Below are positions 38,242-48,438 of a stretch of 55,188 nt of DNA, piece after piece (positions within the stretch are counted from its first letter, which is position 1; every line of letters starts with the position of its first letter). Source of the stretch: Thermotogaceae bacterium (lineage in GTDB: Bacteria > Thermotogota > Thermotogae > B21-G9 > HyVt-16). The notes below the pieces were generated by a model. It was not told the origin of the DNA, made no database searches, and was given only the letters and a program-made list of their open reading frames with translations. The translations under genes and the position numbers were made by a program. The stretch spans positions 1 to 55,188 of the forward strand of contig JARRBB010000006.1 in NCBI GenBank assembly GCA_029981435.1, given 5' to 3'.

Positions 38242-39171
38242 TCAGCTTTGCTGAGCCTCCATGAATTGCGGTATCGAATCTTCAACTATTTCAATCTCTG
38301 TTTCAAGCTCTAATCCATAACTTTCAAAAACTTTTTTCTTTATAAAGTTTATAAGAAAAATAACATCTTCCGCTTTTGCGTTACCGGTATTAACAATAAA
38401 ACCGCCATGTTTATCAGAAATCATAGCATCACCGTGTTTGAGACCTTTTAATTTAAGATCTTCAACAAGCTTTCCCACATAGATATTGTTAGCAGGCCTT
38501 CTGAAAACACTCCCAGCACTTGGATAATTAAGTGGCTGTTTCTCTATACGTATTCTCATATAATTGCGCATTTTTTCCTTTATGATCTCGATCTGTGAAT
38601 GCTTCAATTTAAAATATGCCGACAGAACCAAAAGGTTTTGTTCGGCTATCAGAGATTTTCTATATCTGAAACACAACTTTTCTTTCGAGAGCCAGATCCT
38701 GTTCTCACCATCGAAAAGTTCTACTTTTTCAACCAGATCACCAATTTCCCTGCCAAAAGCTCCTGAATTCATTCTCAAAGCTCCACCGATTGTACCCGGG
38801 ATACCAAATAGTTCTTCAAATCCACTCAATGAATGTTTCAACGCTTCAACAGCAAGTTTGGTAAGTGAAACACCTGTTTCTGCAAATACCGTTTCACCAT
38901 CGAAAGAAAAATCGTTTAACTGTTCTGTTGATATAACTATACCTCTGAAACCCTGATCCGAAAACAACGTGTTTGAACCTCTTCCCAAAATGAAGAAGGG
39001 TATTTTACGCTTTTTCAGTTCTCTAACACAGAAACAGAACATCTCACGATCAAAGGGTTTTACAAAAAAGTCAGCATAACCACCTATTCTGAAGGTTGTA
39101 TGTGAACTCAAGGGTTCATTTTCAATTACTTCGCATCCAACAAGCATGAACTCTTTTATCACATCTCTCAT
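38242..39171 (-). CDS. murB: UDP-N-acetylenolpyruvoylglucosamine reductase
   Basis: 309 aa; FAD-binding PCMH domain (TTFRIGGYADFF), MurB C-terminal domain. Confidence 0.9.
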   Translation of the reverse strand: MRDVIKEFMLVGCEVIENEPLSSHTTFRIGGYADFFVKPFDREMFCFCVRELKKRKIPFFILGRGSNTLFSDQGFRGIVISTEQLNDFSFDGETVFAETGVSLTKLAVEALKHSLSGFEELFGIPGTIGGALRMNSGAFGREIGDLVEKVELFDGENRIWLSKEKLCFRYRKSLIAEQNLLVLSAYFKLKHSQIEIIKEKMRNYMRIRIEKQPLNYPSAGSVFRRPANNIYVGKLVEDLKLKGLKHGDAMISDKHGGFIVNTGNAKAEDVIFLINFIKKKVFESYGLELETEIEIVEDSIPQFMEAQQS

Positions 39172-39177
39172 GCCTAT

Positions 39178-40098
39178 TCATCTCCTAAGATAATTGTATT
39201 TTTTTCCTTGAAACGAATCTCTTTTTTCCATTTCCTCTTCTATTATTCTAACTATATCCTGTTTTTTCATACCCCAGTTTCCAAATATGGTTCCTTCTTT
39301 AGGTGGATCCGCCACTAATCTGTGGATTATAATCTCGGGACTCAGGTACTCAAGAAAAGTTATAACTCTTTCAACATATTCATGAACAGAACATATTTTC
39401 ACTTCGTTGTTCAAGAACATTTCAGCAAGTTTGGTATTTTTGACCACATATAGCGAATGAAGCTTCACACCATCTACATTCAATGCACTCAAGATTTTGG
39501 CAGTTTCAACAACGTCTTCCATGTCGTCCCAAGGTAGATTCAAGATAACGTGCGAAACAACATTAAAACTTCTTTTTTTGAGCCTCACAACAGCGTCGAT
39601 GAATTCTGAAAGTGTGTGACCTCTGTTTAGAATCTTCAAAGTCTTGTAGTTTACAGTTTGTAATCCGATTTCAACCGTCAAATCGATTTCTTTTTTCAAT
39701 TTATCAAAAACATCTATAACTTCTTCAGGAAGCAAATCTGGTCTGGTGGAGACATCCAATTCAACTATTCTTGGATCAACAAGAGCACTCTTGTATAATT
39801 TTTCAAGTTTATCCGGTGTACCATAGGTATTGGAATAAGCTTGAAAATATACAATGAACTTTTCAGCTTTGAATCTTCTCTCAGCTCTTTCAATCATACG
39901 TGATACTTGTTCTTCAATAGGAATATTAGGTCCTAAAGTCGCAAAACCGCTTCCAGAGGGATCGCAAAAAATACAACCACCTTTTGAAATCGTACCGTCT
40001 CTGTTTGGACAGGTAAAACCAGCAGACAGAGGAATTTTATGGACACGCGTACCATATTTTTCTTTTAAATACTTACTGAGTTTTCTATATCTATCCAT
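39178..40098 (-). CDS. Radical SAM protein, TIGR01212 (YhcC-like) family
   Basis: 306 aa; CPNRDGTISKGGCIFC cluster motif characteristic of TIGR01212. Confidence 0.85.
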   Translation of the reverse strand: MDRYRKLSKYLKEKYGTRVHKIPLSAGFTCPNRDGTISKGGCIFCDPSGSGFATLGPNIPIEEQVSRMIERAERRFKAEKFIVYFQAYSNTYGTPDKLEKLYKSALVDPRIVELDVSTRPDLLPEEVIDVFDKLKKEIDLTVEIGLQTVNYKTLKILNRGHTLSEFIDAVVRLKKRSFNVVSHVILNLPWDDMEDVVETAKILSALNVDGVKLHSLYVVKNTKLAEMFLNNEVKICSVHEYVERVITFLEYLSPEIIIHRLVADPPKEGTIFGNWGMKKQDIVRIIEEEMEKRDSFQGKKYNYLRR

Positions 40099-40100
40099 TT

Positions 40101-40952
40101 TTATTTTATCTGCCTTATAAACCTCCTCTTGATGCCTTCACCCAGGTAGTCAGCCAGAAATTTTTCATCTAGCTGTTTTGAGAAGTCTTCAGCGGTTTTC
40201 AAATCTGTGAATATCCCAAGAACCAGAGCGTGGAGAGTAGTGTTCTTTTGAGCAAATCTGAAAATGTAGTCGATTGCTGGATAACCTTTACCTCTAAGGT
40301 ATTTCACATATGTTTTCACTGCCTCACTACTTGGATGTGCCAATAATTGCACAGTATACCATTCATCATAATATCTAACATTCATATCCATTGGGATCCT
40401 ACCTATGGGATTTATTCCACCACGTCCTATCAGAACAAGTGAAAAATTCGTGGAATTTCTGGTTATAAAATAGGGAAGGTTGGTATCGACTATTAATCTG
40501 AAAACGGTTTCTGTCGAGTCCTTTATTACAATGAATTTTTCGCCTTCTCTCACAAAATCGGTTGATCCTTCAAAGTATTTATTAAAATCGAACTTCGCCT
40601 CTTCAACTATTTCAACACCTGTCGAAGTCGAAGCATTTAGTTTACTGTAAATCTCCGTGCTTTCTGTTGAAACTACACTCTCAACATCAGGATAAGATAT
40701 AACAGGACTCGAATAAAAAGTTACCAGAGATGCCTGAGCAGATAACTTTTCAACCCTTGTTTCAAGCTCCTGAATCAAACTCATGTATCGTTCAATTCGT
40801 GAACGAAGCATGAAAACATAACTCGCTAATCCTACACAAGCCAGGAACAACACTATTATTAAAATACCTATAAAACGTGCCTCTTTCTCAGAAAGCTCTA
40901 TCTTTCCGCGTTTTCCAGTTCTACCGGGCACATTTTTCCTCCTAATTTTCAA
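40101..40952 (-). CDS. Membrane-anchored SPOR-domain protein (septal peptidoglycan binding)
   Basis: 283 aa; N-terminal TM; C-terminal YTVQLLAHPSSEAVKTYVKYLRGKGYPA… matches the SPOR fold pattern. Confidence 0.65.
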   Translation of the reverse strand: MKIRRKNVPGRTGKRGKIELSEKEARFIGILIIVLFLACVGLASYVFMLRSRIERYMSLIQELETRVEKLSAQASLVTFYSSPVISYPDVESVVSTESTEIYSKLNASTSTGVEIVEEAKFDFNKYFEGSTDFVREGEKFIVIKDSTETVFRLIVDTNLPYFITRNSTNFSLVLIGRGGINPIGRIPMDMNVRYYDEWYTVQLLAHPSSEAVKTYVKYLRGKGYPAIDYIFRFAQKNTTLHALVLGIFTDLKTAEDFSKQLDEKFLADYLGEGIKRRFIRQIK

Positions 40953-40958
40953 TTCAAA

Positions 40959-42023
40959 TCAAGAACCTAAACCTTCAAAAAATAAGTGCTTTACTGTTTC
41001 GATTATAGAATCGATGGATATAGGTATTTCCACAATTTGTCCAGGTTTAACCAAAATAGGAATTTTAAGAGTTGAATAATTGAAAGTGCTTTCATCATAA
41101 TTCAAAACCTGGTACAGTGATTGAATATCAATGGGTAATTTGTCCAGTTTAAGGATAGAAGTAACAAAATGCTTTATTTTTCTGTATACACTTCTTTCCA
41201 GAAAACCGTAATTTGATGCTATACTTAATTCTATTATAATCCCAAGTCCAAGAGCTTTTGAGTATTTTATCATCAAGTTCGAAGCTGTTTGAATGATTTC
41301 TGCCATTTTTTCACCAACAAAAATATTTTTTCCGTAACCTATTCTAAGCCAGAGATTTTGAATCAAAAATTCTTTCAAAAGATCATCAGACCAATTTGTT
41401 ATTCCAAGTGAAATACTGTTTTCAACAAAATGGTAAAAACTGGCTTCACAAGTTAAACCAGTTGAGAGAGCAACCAAACAATCCTGGTTTAGTGAATACG
41501 CATCTTGGGTTTTGATAAAGTTTGGATCCAAAACCGTGATACTTGGAGATCCTCTGACCGATAGAAAATCTTTCTTTCTATCGAAATTTACCAGGAATTT
41601 TCCAGAAATAAAAGGCGCCAACATAGAAGAAAGAGTAGTGGGAATAAATAAAAGTGGCGTATCGCCAGAAATGGTTTTAACAGAAAAACCTACCAGATCA
41701 AGCAAAGAACCTCCCCCAACACCCACCACCGAAGCACTGGAATTAGTATTGTGGTAGAAGTACGAATATAGCTCATAGACCTTGTCGAGGGATTTAGATT
41801 TCTCATTTATATACACAGGTAAAATCGATACAGAATCATCTTTTGGTATTTTGTAAGAATGATAAAGCTTTACCTTGGAATCCAAAACAAATACAGGACT
41901 AAGACCACTCAAAAAAACCTTCGTAACTTCCATAAGGTGGTCAATTTTAAACATATGTATTTCAGTTGAAAGATCTCTACCTATGTTTACACTACCTATG
42001 TAATCATGCTGAGAGTTGTTCAT
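40959..42023 (-). CDS. Dehydroquinate-synthase-like (DHQS/Fe-ADH superfamily) protein, divergent, catalytic His motifs not evident
   Basis: 354 aa; VGVGGGSLLDLVGFSV…PLLFIPTTLSSMLAPFISGK parallels the DHQS GGG…AG…VPTTLLAQVDSSVGGK core. No HxxxH-type metal site recognised. Confidence 0.5.
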   Translation of the reverse strand: MNNSQHDYIGSVNIGRDLSTEIHMFKIDHLMEVTKVFLSGLSPVFVLDSKVKLYHSYKIPKDDSVSILPVYINEKSKSLDKVYELYSYFYHNTNSSASVVGVGGGSLLDLVGFSVKTISGDTPLLFIPTTLSSMLAPFISGKFLVNFDRKKDFLSVRGSPSITVLDPNFIKTQDAYSLNQDCLVALSTGLTCEASFYHFVENSISLGITNWSDDLLKEFLIQNLWLRIGYGKNIFVGEKMAEIIQTASNLMIKYSKALGLGIIIELSIASNYGFLERSVYRKIKHFVTSILKLDKLPIDIQSLYQVLNYDESTFNYSTLKIPILVKPGQIVEIPISIDSIIETVKHLFFEGLGS

Positions 42024-42035
42024 ATTCAGTCCTCT

Positions 42036-43049
42036 TTAAAACAAAAATTCAGAGTTCACAAACGATTTCAGAAGTTTAACAGTATTCAGGACATCGTTGT
42101 AATCTACCATTTCACTTGGGGTATGGACATATCGGGTGACTATAGAAACTGTTGCAGAAGGAACCCCTGCCTTCAATCTCTGGTAAGCTGCTGCGTCTGT
42201 TCCACCAAAAGGTAAAATTTCAATTTGATAAGGGATGTTCTCCTTTTTGGCTAATTCCTCAAGAAATTCCAGCACTTTTCTATCACTTATTGAATAGGCA
42301 TCCATAACCTTCAATGCAGGACCATCACCGAGCTTCATAGGAATCCTTTTTAAAGCTTTGGGAGTGTCACCATGTGCTGTCACATCTATAGCTATAACAA
42401 CATCCGGTTCTATATCGTAACCTGCTACCGTAGCACCTACAAGGCCTATTTCCTCCTGGACCGCAAAAACACAATAGACATCGTTCAGAGGTTCCTCCAG
42501 TTCTTTCAAGAGCTGAACCATCACCGCACAACCTATTCTATCATCCATAGCTTTTGAAACCAGCTTATCTCCTAAATCATGAAAACTGGCATCGTAAGTA
42601 CCAAAAGAACCTATTTTGACTTTCTTGAGAGCGTCTTCCTTGTTCTTAGCACCTATATCCACAAACAGAACGTCAAAGCTGAGATTTTTCATGTTTTCTC
42701 TCGAACTTCTGAAGCTCTCGCCCTCTATTCCAATGACACCCACCACATTATTCTGGAATCTCACTCTTGAGCCAACCAAAGTGTAAGGATTAACGCCACC
42801 AACAGCTTCTATCCTCAAAAAACCATTTTCATCTATGTTGGTAACAACGACACCAATCTCATCCATATGCGCATCAAGCAGGACTTTTTTACCAGTTTTT
42901 CCTTTCTTCAAAACTATCAGATTCCCAAGTTTATCTCTCCAGTATTCATCGAAATTACCATCCAGAATCTCAACGATTTTTTCGGCTATTGTGTCTTCTC
43001 TACCGCTTGGTGATGAAATTTCAGTAAGGGTTTTTATAATATCTTTCAT
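42036..43049 (-). CDS. M42-family (FrvX/CelM-like) aminopeptidase, paralog 1
   Basis: 337 aa; M42 fold motifs (HMDEIG, QEEIGLVGA). Confidence 0.88.
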   Translation of the reverse strand: MKDIIKTLTEISSPSGREDTIAEKIVEILDGNFDEYWRDKLGNLIVLKKGKTGKKVLLDAHMDEIGVVVTNIDENGFLRIEAVGGVNPYTLVGSRVRFQNNVVGVIGIEGESFRSSRENMKNLSFDVLFVDIGAKNKEDALKKVKIGSFGTYDASFHDLGDKLVSKAMDDRIGCAVMVQLLKELEEPLNDVYCVFAVQEEIGLVGATVAGYDIEPDVVIAIDVTAHGDTPKALKRIPMKLGDGPALKVMDAYSISDRKVLEFLEELAKKENIPYQIEILPFGGTDAAAYQRLKAGVPSATVSIVTRYVHTPSEMVDYNDVLNTVKLLKSFVNSEFLF

Positions 43050-44068
43050 GAAAGAATCACCTCTCCTTCTTCAAGTAAGGCTTTTAATAGATTCAAAGTA
43101 TCGAAGTAATCATCTTTATACATTACCGAACTTGGACTATGAATGTACCTGCAAGGTATTGAAACAACTCCCGCAGGTATTCCGAAAAGTCTTTTTGAAA
43201 CGCTTAAAGCATCTGTACCACCAGCAGTTCTACGTTTCAATTGATACTTAATTCCTTTTTTCTCAGCGGTATCAACTATCCATTCGTAAACTTTTTTATT
43301 AACTACATACCCTCTATGCATGAAGGTAATAGCAGGACCATCACCTATATGGGTAGCCCATTTGTATTCTTCAAGTTCAGGATTGTCACCGGCTGTTGTT
43401 GTTTCAAGCACAATCGCGATATCGGGTTTTATTTCTTCCGCAGCGACTCCACTTCCTCTTAATCCAATTTCTTCCTGAACTACAAACGCGAAATATACAT
43501 CAAAAGGCAGTTTTAGATCTTCAAATATCAAATCCATCATTAGAGAACAACCGCCTCTGTCGTCAAAAGCCTTTCCAATTAAATGTTTACTGTATTCTTC
43601 AAAAGGAACATCAAAGATGGCATAATCACCAACACTCACCAGTTTTTCAGCTTCAGATTTTTTGTTTACACCTATATCAACTTTCAAAGATTGATAACTC
43701 GGAACGTTGTCGAGGTTATCCTGTAAGTGTATTGCTTTCAATCCTACAACTCCAGGTGTACCTTTTTCGCCTATTTTCAATCTCTTACCGGGTAACAATC
43801 TTGCATCTACACCACCAACAGGATGAATGGACAACTTTCCATCTTCATTTATTCTGGTTACCATAAAACCAACTTCATCCATGTGAGCAAAAAACGCAAA
43901 TCGACCTTTTGAAGATTGTGTTTTCGATTTTTTCAAAGCTATTAAATTTCCCATCTTGTCTTCGTAGAGTTCATCGACTTTATTTTCAATAGTTTTCTTT
44001 ATAAAATCTCTTACTTTCGATTCATTCCCAGAAACACCCGCTATAGTTGAAAGTTCACTCAGGAACAA
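43046..44068 (-). CDS. M42-family aminopeptidase, paralog 2
   Basis: 340 aa; HMDEVG, QEEIGLRGS. Confidence 0.88.
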   Translation of the reverse strand: MFLSELSTIAGVSGNESKVRDFIKKTIENKVDELYEDKMGNLIALKKSKTQSSKGRFAFFAHMDEVGFMVTRINEDGKLSIHPVGGVDARLLPGKRLKIGEKGTPGVVGLKAIHLQDNLDNVPSYQSLKVDIGVNKKSEAEKLVSVGDYAIFDVPFEEYSKHLIGKAFDDRGGCSLMMDLIFEDLKLPFDVYFAFVVQEEIGLRGSGVAAEEIKPDIAIVLETTTAGDNPELEEYKWATHIGDGPAITFMHRGYVVNKKVYEWIVDTAEKKGIKYQLKRRTAGGTDALSVSKRLFGIPAGVVSIPCRYIHSPSSVMYKDDYFDTLNLLKALLEEGEVILS

Positions 44069-44083
44069 TTTGATCCCTCCAAA

Positions 44084-45087
44084 TCAGAATTTAATTATAT
44101 ATGCTGTTAAAAGCCTAACAGCTTCTTTTAAATCTTCTATGGAAACAATTTCAGCAGGAGTATGCATATATCTCAGTGGAATTGAAACCAACCCGGTTTT
44201 TATTCCTTTTTTAACCAGTTGGATGCTATCTGCATCTGTCCCACTTCTACCTGGCAGTGGTTCTATTTGATATTTTACATTGTTCTCCTCTGCTGCTTTT
44301 TTCAAAGTTTCAAAAACTTCTCTATTAACAGTTGGTCCTATACCAAGGGCGGGACCACCATCAAGTTTTATCTCTGGTTCCATAGAACCATTAACATCTG
44401 CATGTGTAACATCGAGTATTATCGCAATATCAGGTTCTATAGAAAAACTCGCAACTGTAGCACCGACACCACCTGTTTCTTCTTTTACGGAGAAAAGTGC
44501 GTAAATATCTGCATCATGCTTTATTTTTGATAAAGTTTTAAATACTTCGAAAATAACTGCACAGCTGCTTCTATTATCCAGGGCTTTACCAGTTAACAAA
44601 GTCTCTCCCAGTTCAACGACTGGTGCGTCCAAAACAGCCATACTACCTAATTCTGGCTTTTCATCGTTCATACTCACATCAACGAACAATTCATCAAAAT
44701 CTATCACTTTACCTCTATCAGAACTTTTCTGTAAGTGAGGGGCAAGCATACCCACTACTCCTCTGTACACTTTTCCATTTCTTCCAAAAATTTTCAATCT
44801 TTGTCCAGGAAGAATTTTATAATCCACACCACCCACCATATGTATTCTTACATAATCCTCATTAACGATTTTCGAAACCACCAAGCCTATTTCATCTACA
44901 TGAGCTTCCAAAAGAAGTTTACCTTTACCATTTCCTTTTTTAAAAGCTATCAGATTTCCAGAGTTGTCAGTCTTAACTTCATCTGAATACTTGCTTATAT
45001 TTTCCTGTATGATTTTAACAACATTTTCTTCATAACCGCCTGGGCCATATTCAGAAGCTATCAATTTCAAAAACTCTTTCAACTCCA
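44084..45087 (-). CDS. M42-family aminopeptidase, paralog 3
   Basis: Start re-placed at MELKEF… (ATG 5 nt after AAAGGAGGAG). HVDEIG, KEETGGVGA. Confidence 0.88.
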
Positions 45088-45104
45088 TTTTTGCTCCTCC
45101 TTTT

Positions 45105-45740
45105 TCAAACTTCAAAAATATCATCTTTGAACTGTGAGTAATCTTCTACAACTATTCTTCCATTTCTGACATGTACTATACAGGGGTAATTCTTTGGCTG
45201 CTTGTCTCTAAGAACGTACTGTCCAATTTTCAAATTGGTAGGATTGAATTCCACACACGCCACCAAAGCTCTATCGCCTATTATCTTCCCTGCCGTGACA
45301 TTTCCACGTATCGTACCGAAGACTATCAAATGTCCTCCTACTATTAATTCTGCACCAAAACTCACGTTTCCAAAAATTACCACATTTCCATTGAACTCAA
45401 ATTTCTGACCTGATCTTATATTCTTTGTCAAAAATATCGTTGGTTCTTTCTGTAAAAAAGATAGTAACTCTTTTTTATCATCCTCGAGTTGAACAACAGG
45501 TTTACCAAACTGTATTGAAAAAACCTTCAACCCATTTTCTTCAAGGGGTTTAAGTATCCTGAGTAAATCGTTCTTATTAAAATCTTCATGAAGAAGCAGA
45601 CCTATTTTGTCACCCTCTTCAAGAAGTTTTTTCAAGTTGTTTATCCTTTCTTTTATCTCCAGTATAACAGGTTCTATGTCCTCATATTTTTTTACAGACA
45701 AAAAAAGGCCCGTTTTCGTAGCAACAATTTCTGTGAACAT
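45105..45740 (-). CDS. minC: Septum site-determining protein MinC
   Basis: 211 aa; C-terminal beta-helix repeats GNVVIFGNVSFGAELIVGGHLIVFGTIRGNV. Confidence 0.85.
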   Translation of the reverse strand: MFTEIVATKTGLFLSVKKYEDIEPVILEIKERINNLKKLLEEGDKIGLLLHEDFNKNDLLRILKPLEENGLKVFSIQFGKPVVQLEDDKKELLSFLQKEPTIFLTKNIRSGQKFEFNGNVVIFGNVSFGAELIVGGHLIVFGTIRGNVTAGKIIGDRALVACVEFNPTNLKIGQYVLRDKQPKNYPCIVHVRNGRIVVEDYSQFKDDIFEV

Positions 45741-45859
45741 AACAATCTCCCCCTGTTCTATCCAAATTTATTATAACAGAATTTAAGTGCTAATTCTTTA
45801 AACACGTCAGCTGTGATAGAATTTTAATAATGAATTGAAAGTCAAAGGAGGTAACAAAT

Positions 45860-46508
45860 ATGAAGTTCTTCCTTGATACTGCCAACATAGAGGAAATAAA
45901 AAAAGGGGTTGATTGGGGCATAATCGATGGAGTTACAACAAATCCCACCCTTATTGCAAGAGAAGGGACTGTTTTTGAAAAAAGGGTCAAAGAAATATGT
46001 GAAATCGTTAAAGGCCCTGTTTCTGCGGAAGTTGTTTCCCTTGATTACAGCTCTATGATTGAAGAGGCGAGAGAACTTGCCATGCTGGACGAAAATGTGG
46101 TCGTTAAAATTCCGATGACTTTTGACGGTATCAAAGCTGTAAAAACTCTATCAAATAAAAACCAACGTAACACTTGTTTTCAATGCCATGCAAGCATTAG
46201 TTGCAGCAAAAGCAGGTGCAACTTATGTAAGCCCTTTCATAGGAAGGATGGATGATATATCCAATGACGGGATGAAAATGCTTTCAGAAATTGTGGAGAT
46301 TTTCGAAAACTATGGATTTGAGACTGAAATAATAGCAGCCAGCATCAGACATCCAATGCACGTTTTAAATGCTGCTTTAATAGGTGTGGATATAGTAACG
46401 ATGCCATTTGATGTTCTGGAAAAACTGTTCAAGCATCCAATGACCGATATAGGAATTAAAAAATTCTCCCAAGACTGGGAGAATTATATTAAGAAAATCA
46501 AAAGTTAA
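45860..46508 (+). pseudogene. tal: Transaldolase/fructose-6-phosphate aldolase-type (Tal/FsaA) gene disrupted by a frameshift in an A-run at ~46154-46162
   Basis: ORF 45860-46255 matches Tal residues 1-~95 (…[18 protein letters not shown]). The +1 frame continues the match ([33 protein letters not shown]… to the C-terminus). Both halves are colinear with Thermotoga and B. subtilis Tal. Confidence 0.7.
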
Positions 46509-46519
46509 AGATGATGATT

Positions 46520-47788
46520 TTAATTCACAGGTTTGGCTTTCGTTTCTTCGCCAAGTGGAAAAACTAAAAATCCTACAATAAGACTTATGATTGCTATTAT
46601 TGTCAGCGCCACAGACACTGATTTATCTATAAAATATCCAGTGAAATACGGTGCTATTATTCCCGCAATTCGTGCCATAGCTCCAGCGTAACCGTTTGCT
46701 GTCCCTCTAAAACTCGTTGGAAAAAGTTCTGGAGTGTACGCATAAACCATTCCCCAGACACCAAGAGTAAAAAACGATATTACCAACATCACAATCAAAA
46801 ACGAAAGGTTTCCACTTACAAAAAACAATGCCAGAGCTGAAATTCCCATACCAGAAAAATACATTGAAAGTGTCATTTTTCTTCCAATTTTTTCTATCAG
46901 ATAAGCTACCGAAAGATAACCGGGGAGTTGAGCTACATACATGAAAAAAGTGAACCATTTCGCTTGCATTATTGATATTCCAAGTTGTGAAACGAAAATC
47001 TTCGGAGCCCATGAAAACAAAGCATAGTAAACAAAGCTAACAGTGAACCATGATACAGTTACAAGCAGGGTTTTTCTTATATGTCTTCTGGTAAAAAGTG
47101 ATGCGATCGTTATTCGGGATTCTTCAATTGGTTCGATATCATCTTTTAGTTCTCCAAAAATTTTTTCAATTCGTTCCTTCCCGAATTTTTTGAAAATATA
47201 CTTTGGAGTTTCTTTCTCGGGTATAATGAAAGGAAAAATAAGCAATCCAACTAAAAATATCCAGAAATTCCATCGCCATCCAAACTCTTCAGCAATTGTG
47301 ACAGCAAACCATGCTATCAAAATGCTCCCTACAGCCCAACTCGCCTCGAGCAAGACCAGATATCTCCCTCGAATTCTTATAGAAGTATACTCAGACAGAT
47401 AAGTATTAACCGCTGGTAGTAATCCACCGTAACCTATTCCCGATAAAAAACGAAGAATTATCGCAACTTGAGGAGAATTTGAAAATCCAAATAAAAATGT
47501 GAATAAAATGGAAAATGCTAAATAAAACAGTGTGCCATTTTTTCTACCAAAGAAGTCTATCAAAATCCCCGAAGAAAGTGCGCCAATCAACATACCCATA
47601 AAAGTGGAGCTTATGATCGTGCTCATAACCGCCGTCGATACATTCCATTCTGAAATAATATCGGGTACCGCAAAAGTTAAAACCATAACGCCAGCAGCAC
47701 CGATCATCCAAGCTAAAGAGGTTATCACCAGTAATTTCATTTGCTTGCTTTTTGGAATATACATTTCTACCAGATGGTCAATCTTCAA
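46520..47788 (-). CDS. MFS transporter, candidate niacin transporter (NiaP-like), co-transcribed with niaR
   Basis: 12-TM MFS with sugar-porter-like motifs. Likely start is the TTG 5 nt after GGAGGTGA, overlapping the niaR stop by 11 nt. Confidence 0.7.
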   Translation of the reverse strand: MKIDHLVEMYIPKSKQMKLLVITSLAWMIGAAGVMVLTFAVPDIISEWNVSTAVMSTIISSTFMGMLIGALSSGILIDFFGRKNGTLFYLAFSILFTFLFGFSNSPQVAIILRFLSGIGYGGLLPAVNTYLSEYTSIRIRGRYLVLLEASWAVGSILIAWFAVTIAEEFGWRWNFWIFLVGLLIFPFIIPEKETPKYIFKKFGKERIEKIFGELKDDIEPIEESRITIASLFTRRHIRKTLLVTVSWFTVSFVYYALFSWAPKIFVSQLGISIMQAKWFTFFMYVAQLPGYLSVAYLIEKIGRKMTLSMYFSGMGISALALFFVSGNLSFLIVMLVISFFTLGVWGMVYAYTPELFPTSFRGTANGYAGAMARIAGIIAPYFTGYFIDKSVSVALTIIAIISLIVGFLVFPLGEETKAKPVN

Positions 47789-48296
47789 ACTCGTCACCTC
47801 CAACTATTAGAAATTTTTTTATTGAATTTAGAACTTTTTTCATCACTTTTTCATCAGGAGTCTCTATCGTATGAATATGAATTCCATCTGAAAGTTCCAG
47901 AAGAGGTGTCGCATTTGTTGATTTAAGTAAACTGATGAATCTCACTACATCATCCTGTGTTGATACATCTATTCGACCTTTCAATTCACCGTAAAGAGGA
48001 TGCTCAACAATAACATCCAAAATTCTTCCTCCGGCATTTACGATCGCCATCAGTTCCTCCTCGATTTCTTCAACAGAATGCTTTACCGCCACCATTTTTC
48101 TGAAAGCATTTCTTTCCTTATCAAGTACATAACCATCTCTTGTAGATATTATTGAATGACCTTCTGCTTTCAGCTGTGATATGTACTGAACTACCAGTTG
48201 TCTACTCACACCAAGCTTTTCTGCGAGTTCTTTTCCTTTAACAGGTGTGTCAGACCTTTTAAGAATTTCAAGAATCTGTATCAATCTTTTTTTCAA
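47778..48296 (-). CDS. niaR: Niacin-responsive transcriptional repressor NiaR (HTH_11 + 3H domain)
   Basis: 172 aa; N-terminal HTH (RLIQILEILKRSDTPVKGKELAEKLGVSRQ), C-terminal 3H domain with the conserved His triad. TTGACA-17-TAAAAT promoter at 48325-48353 (minus strand). Confidence 0.85.
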   Translation of the reverse strand: MKKRLIQILEILKRSDTPVKGKELAEKLGVSRQLVVQYISQLKAEGHSIISTRDGYVLDKERNAFRKMVAVKHSVEEIEEELMAIVNAGGRILDVIVEHPLYGELKGRIDVSTQDDVVRFISLLKSTNATPLLELSDGIHIHTIETPDEKVMKKVLNSIKKFLIVGGDEFED

Positions 48297-48438
48297 GTCA
48301 TCTCACCTCACTTATGCTACATATATTTTACATCTGCTGTAAGAAAATGTCAAAAATCAAACGAAAGTTGAGAGAATAAACGAGTAAATAGAGAGTCTTG
48401 CGACAAGTTTTCAGAAACAGAATGAGACGGTACAAGAG

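Noticed and set aside
43396-43866. 156-aa plus-strand ORF
   Set aside because: Antisense to the M42 peptidase paralog 2; His/Gln-rich nonsense translation; no start context.
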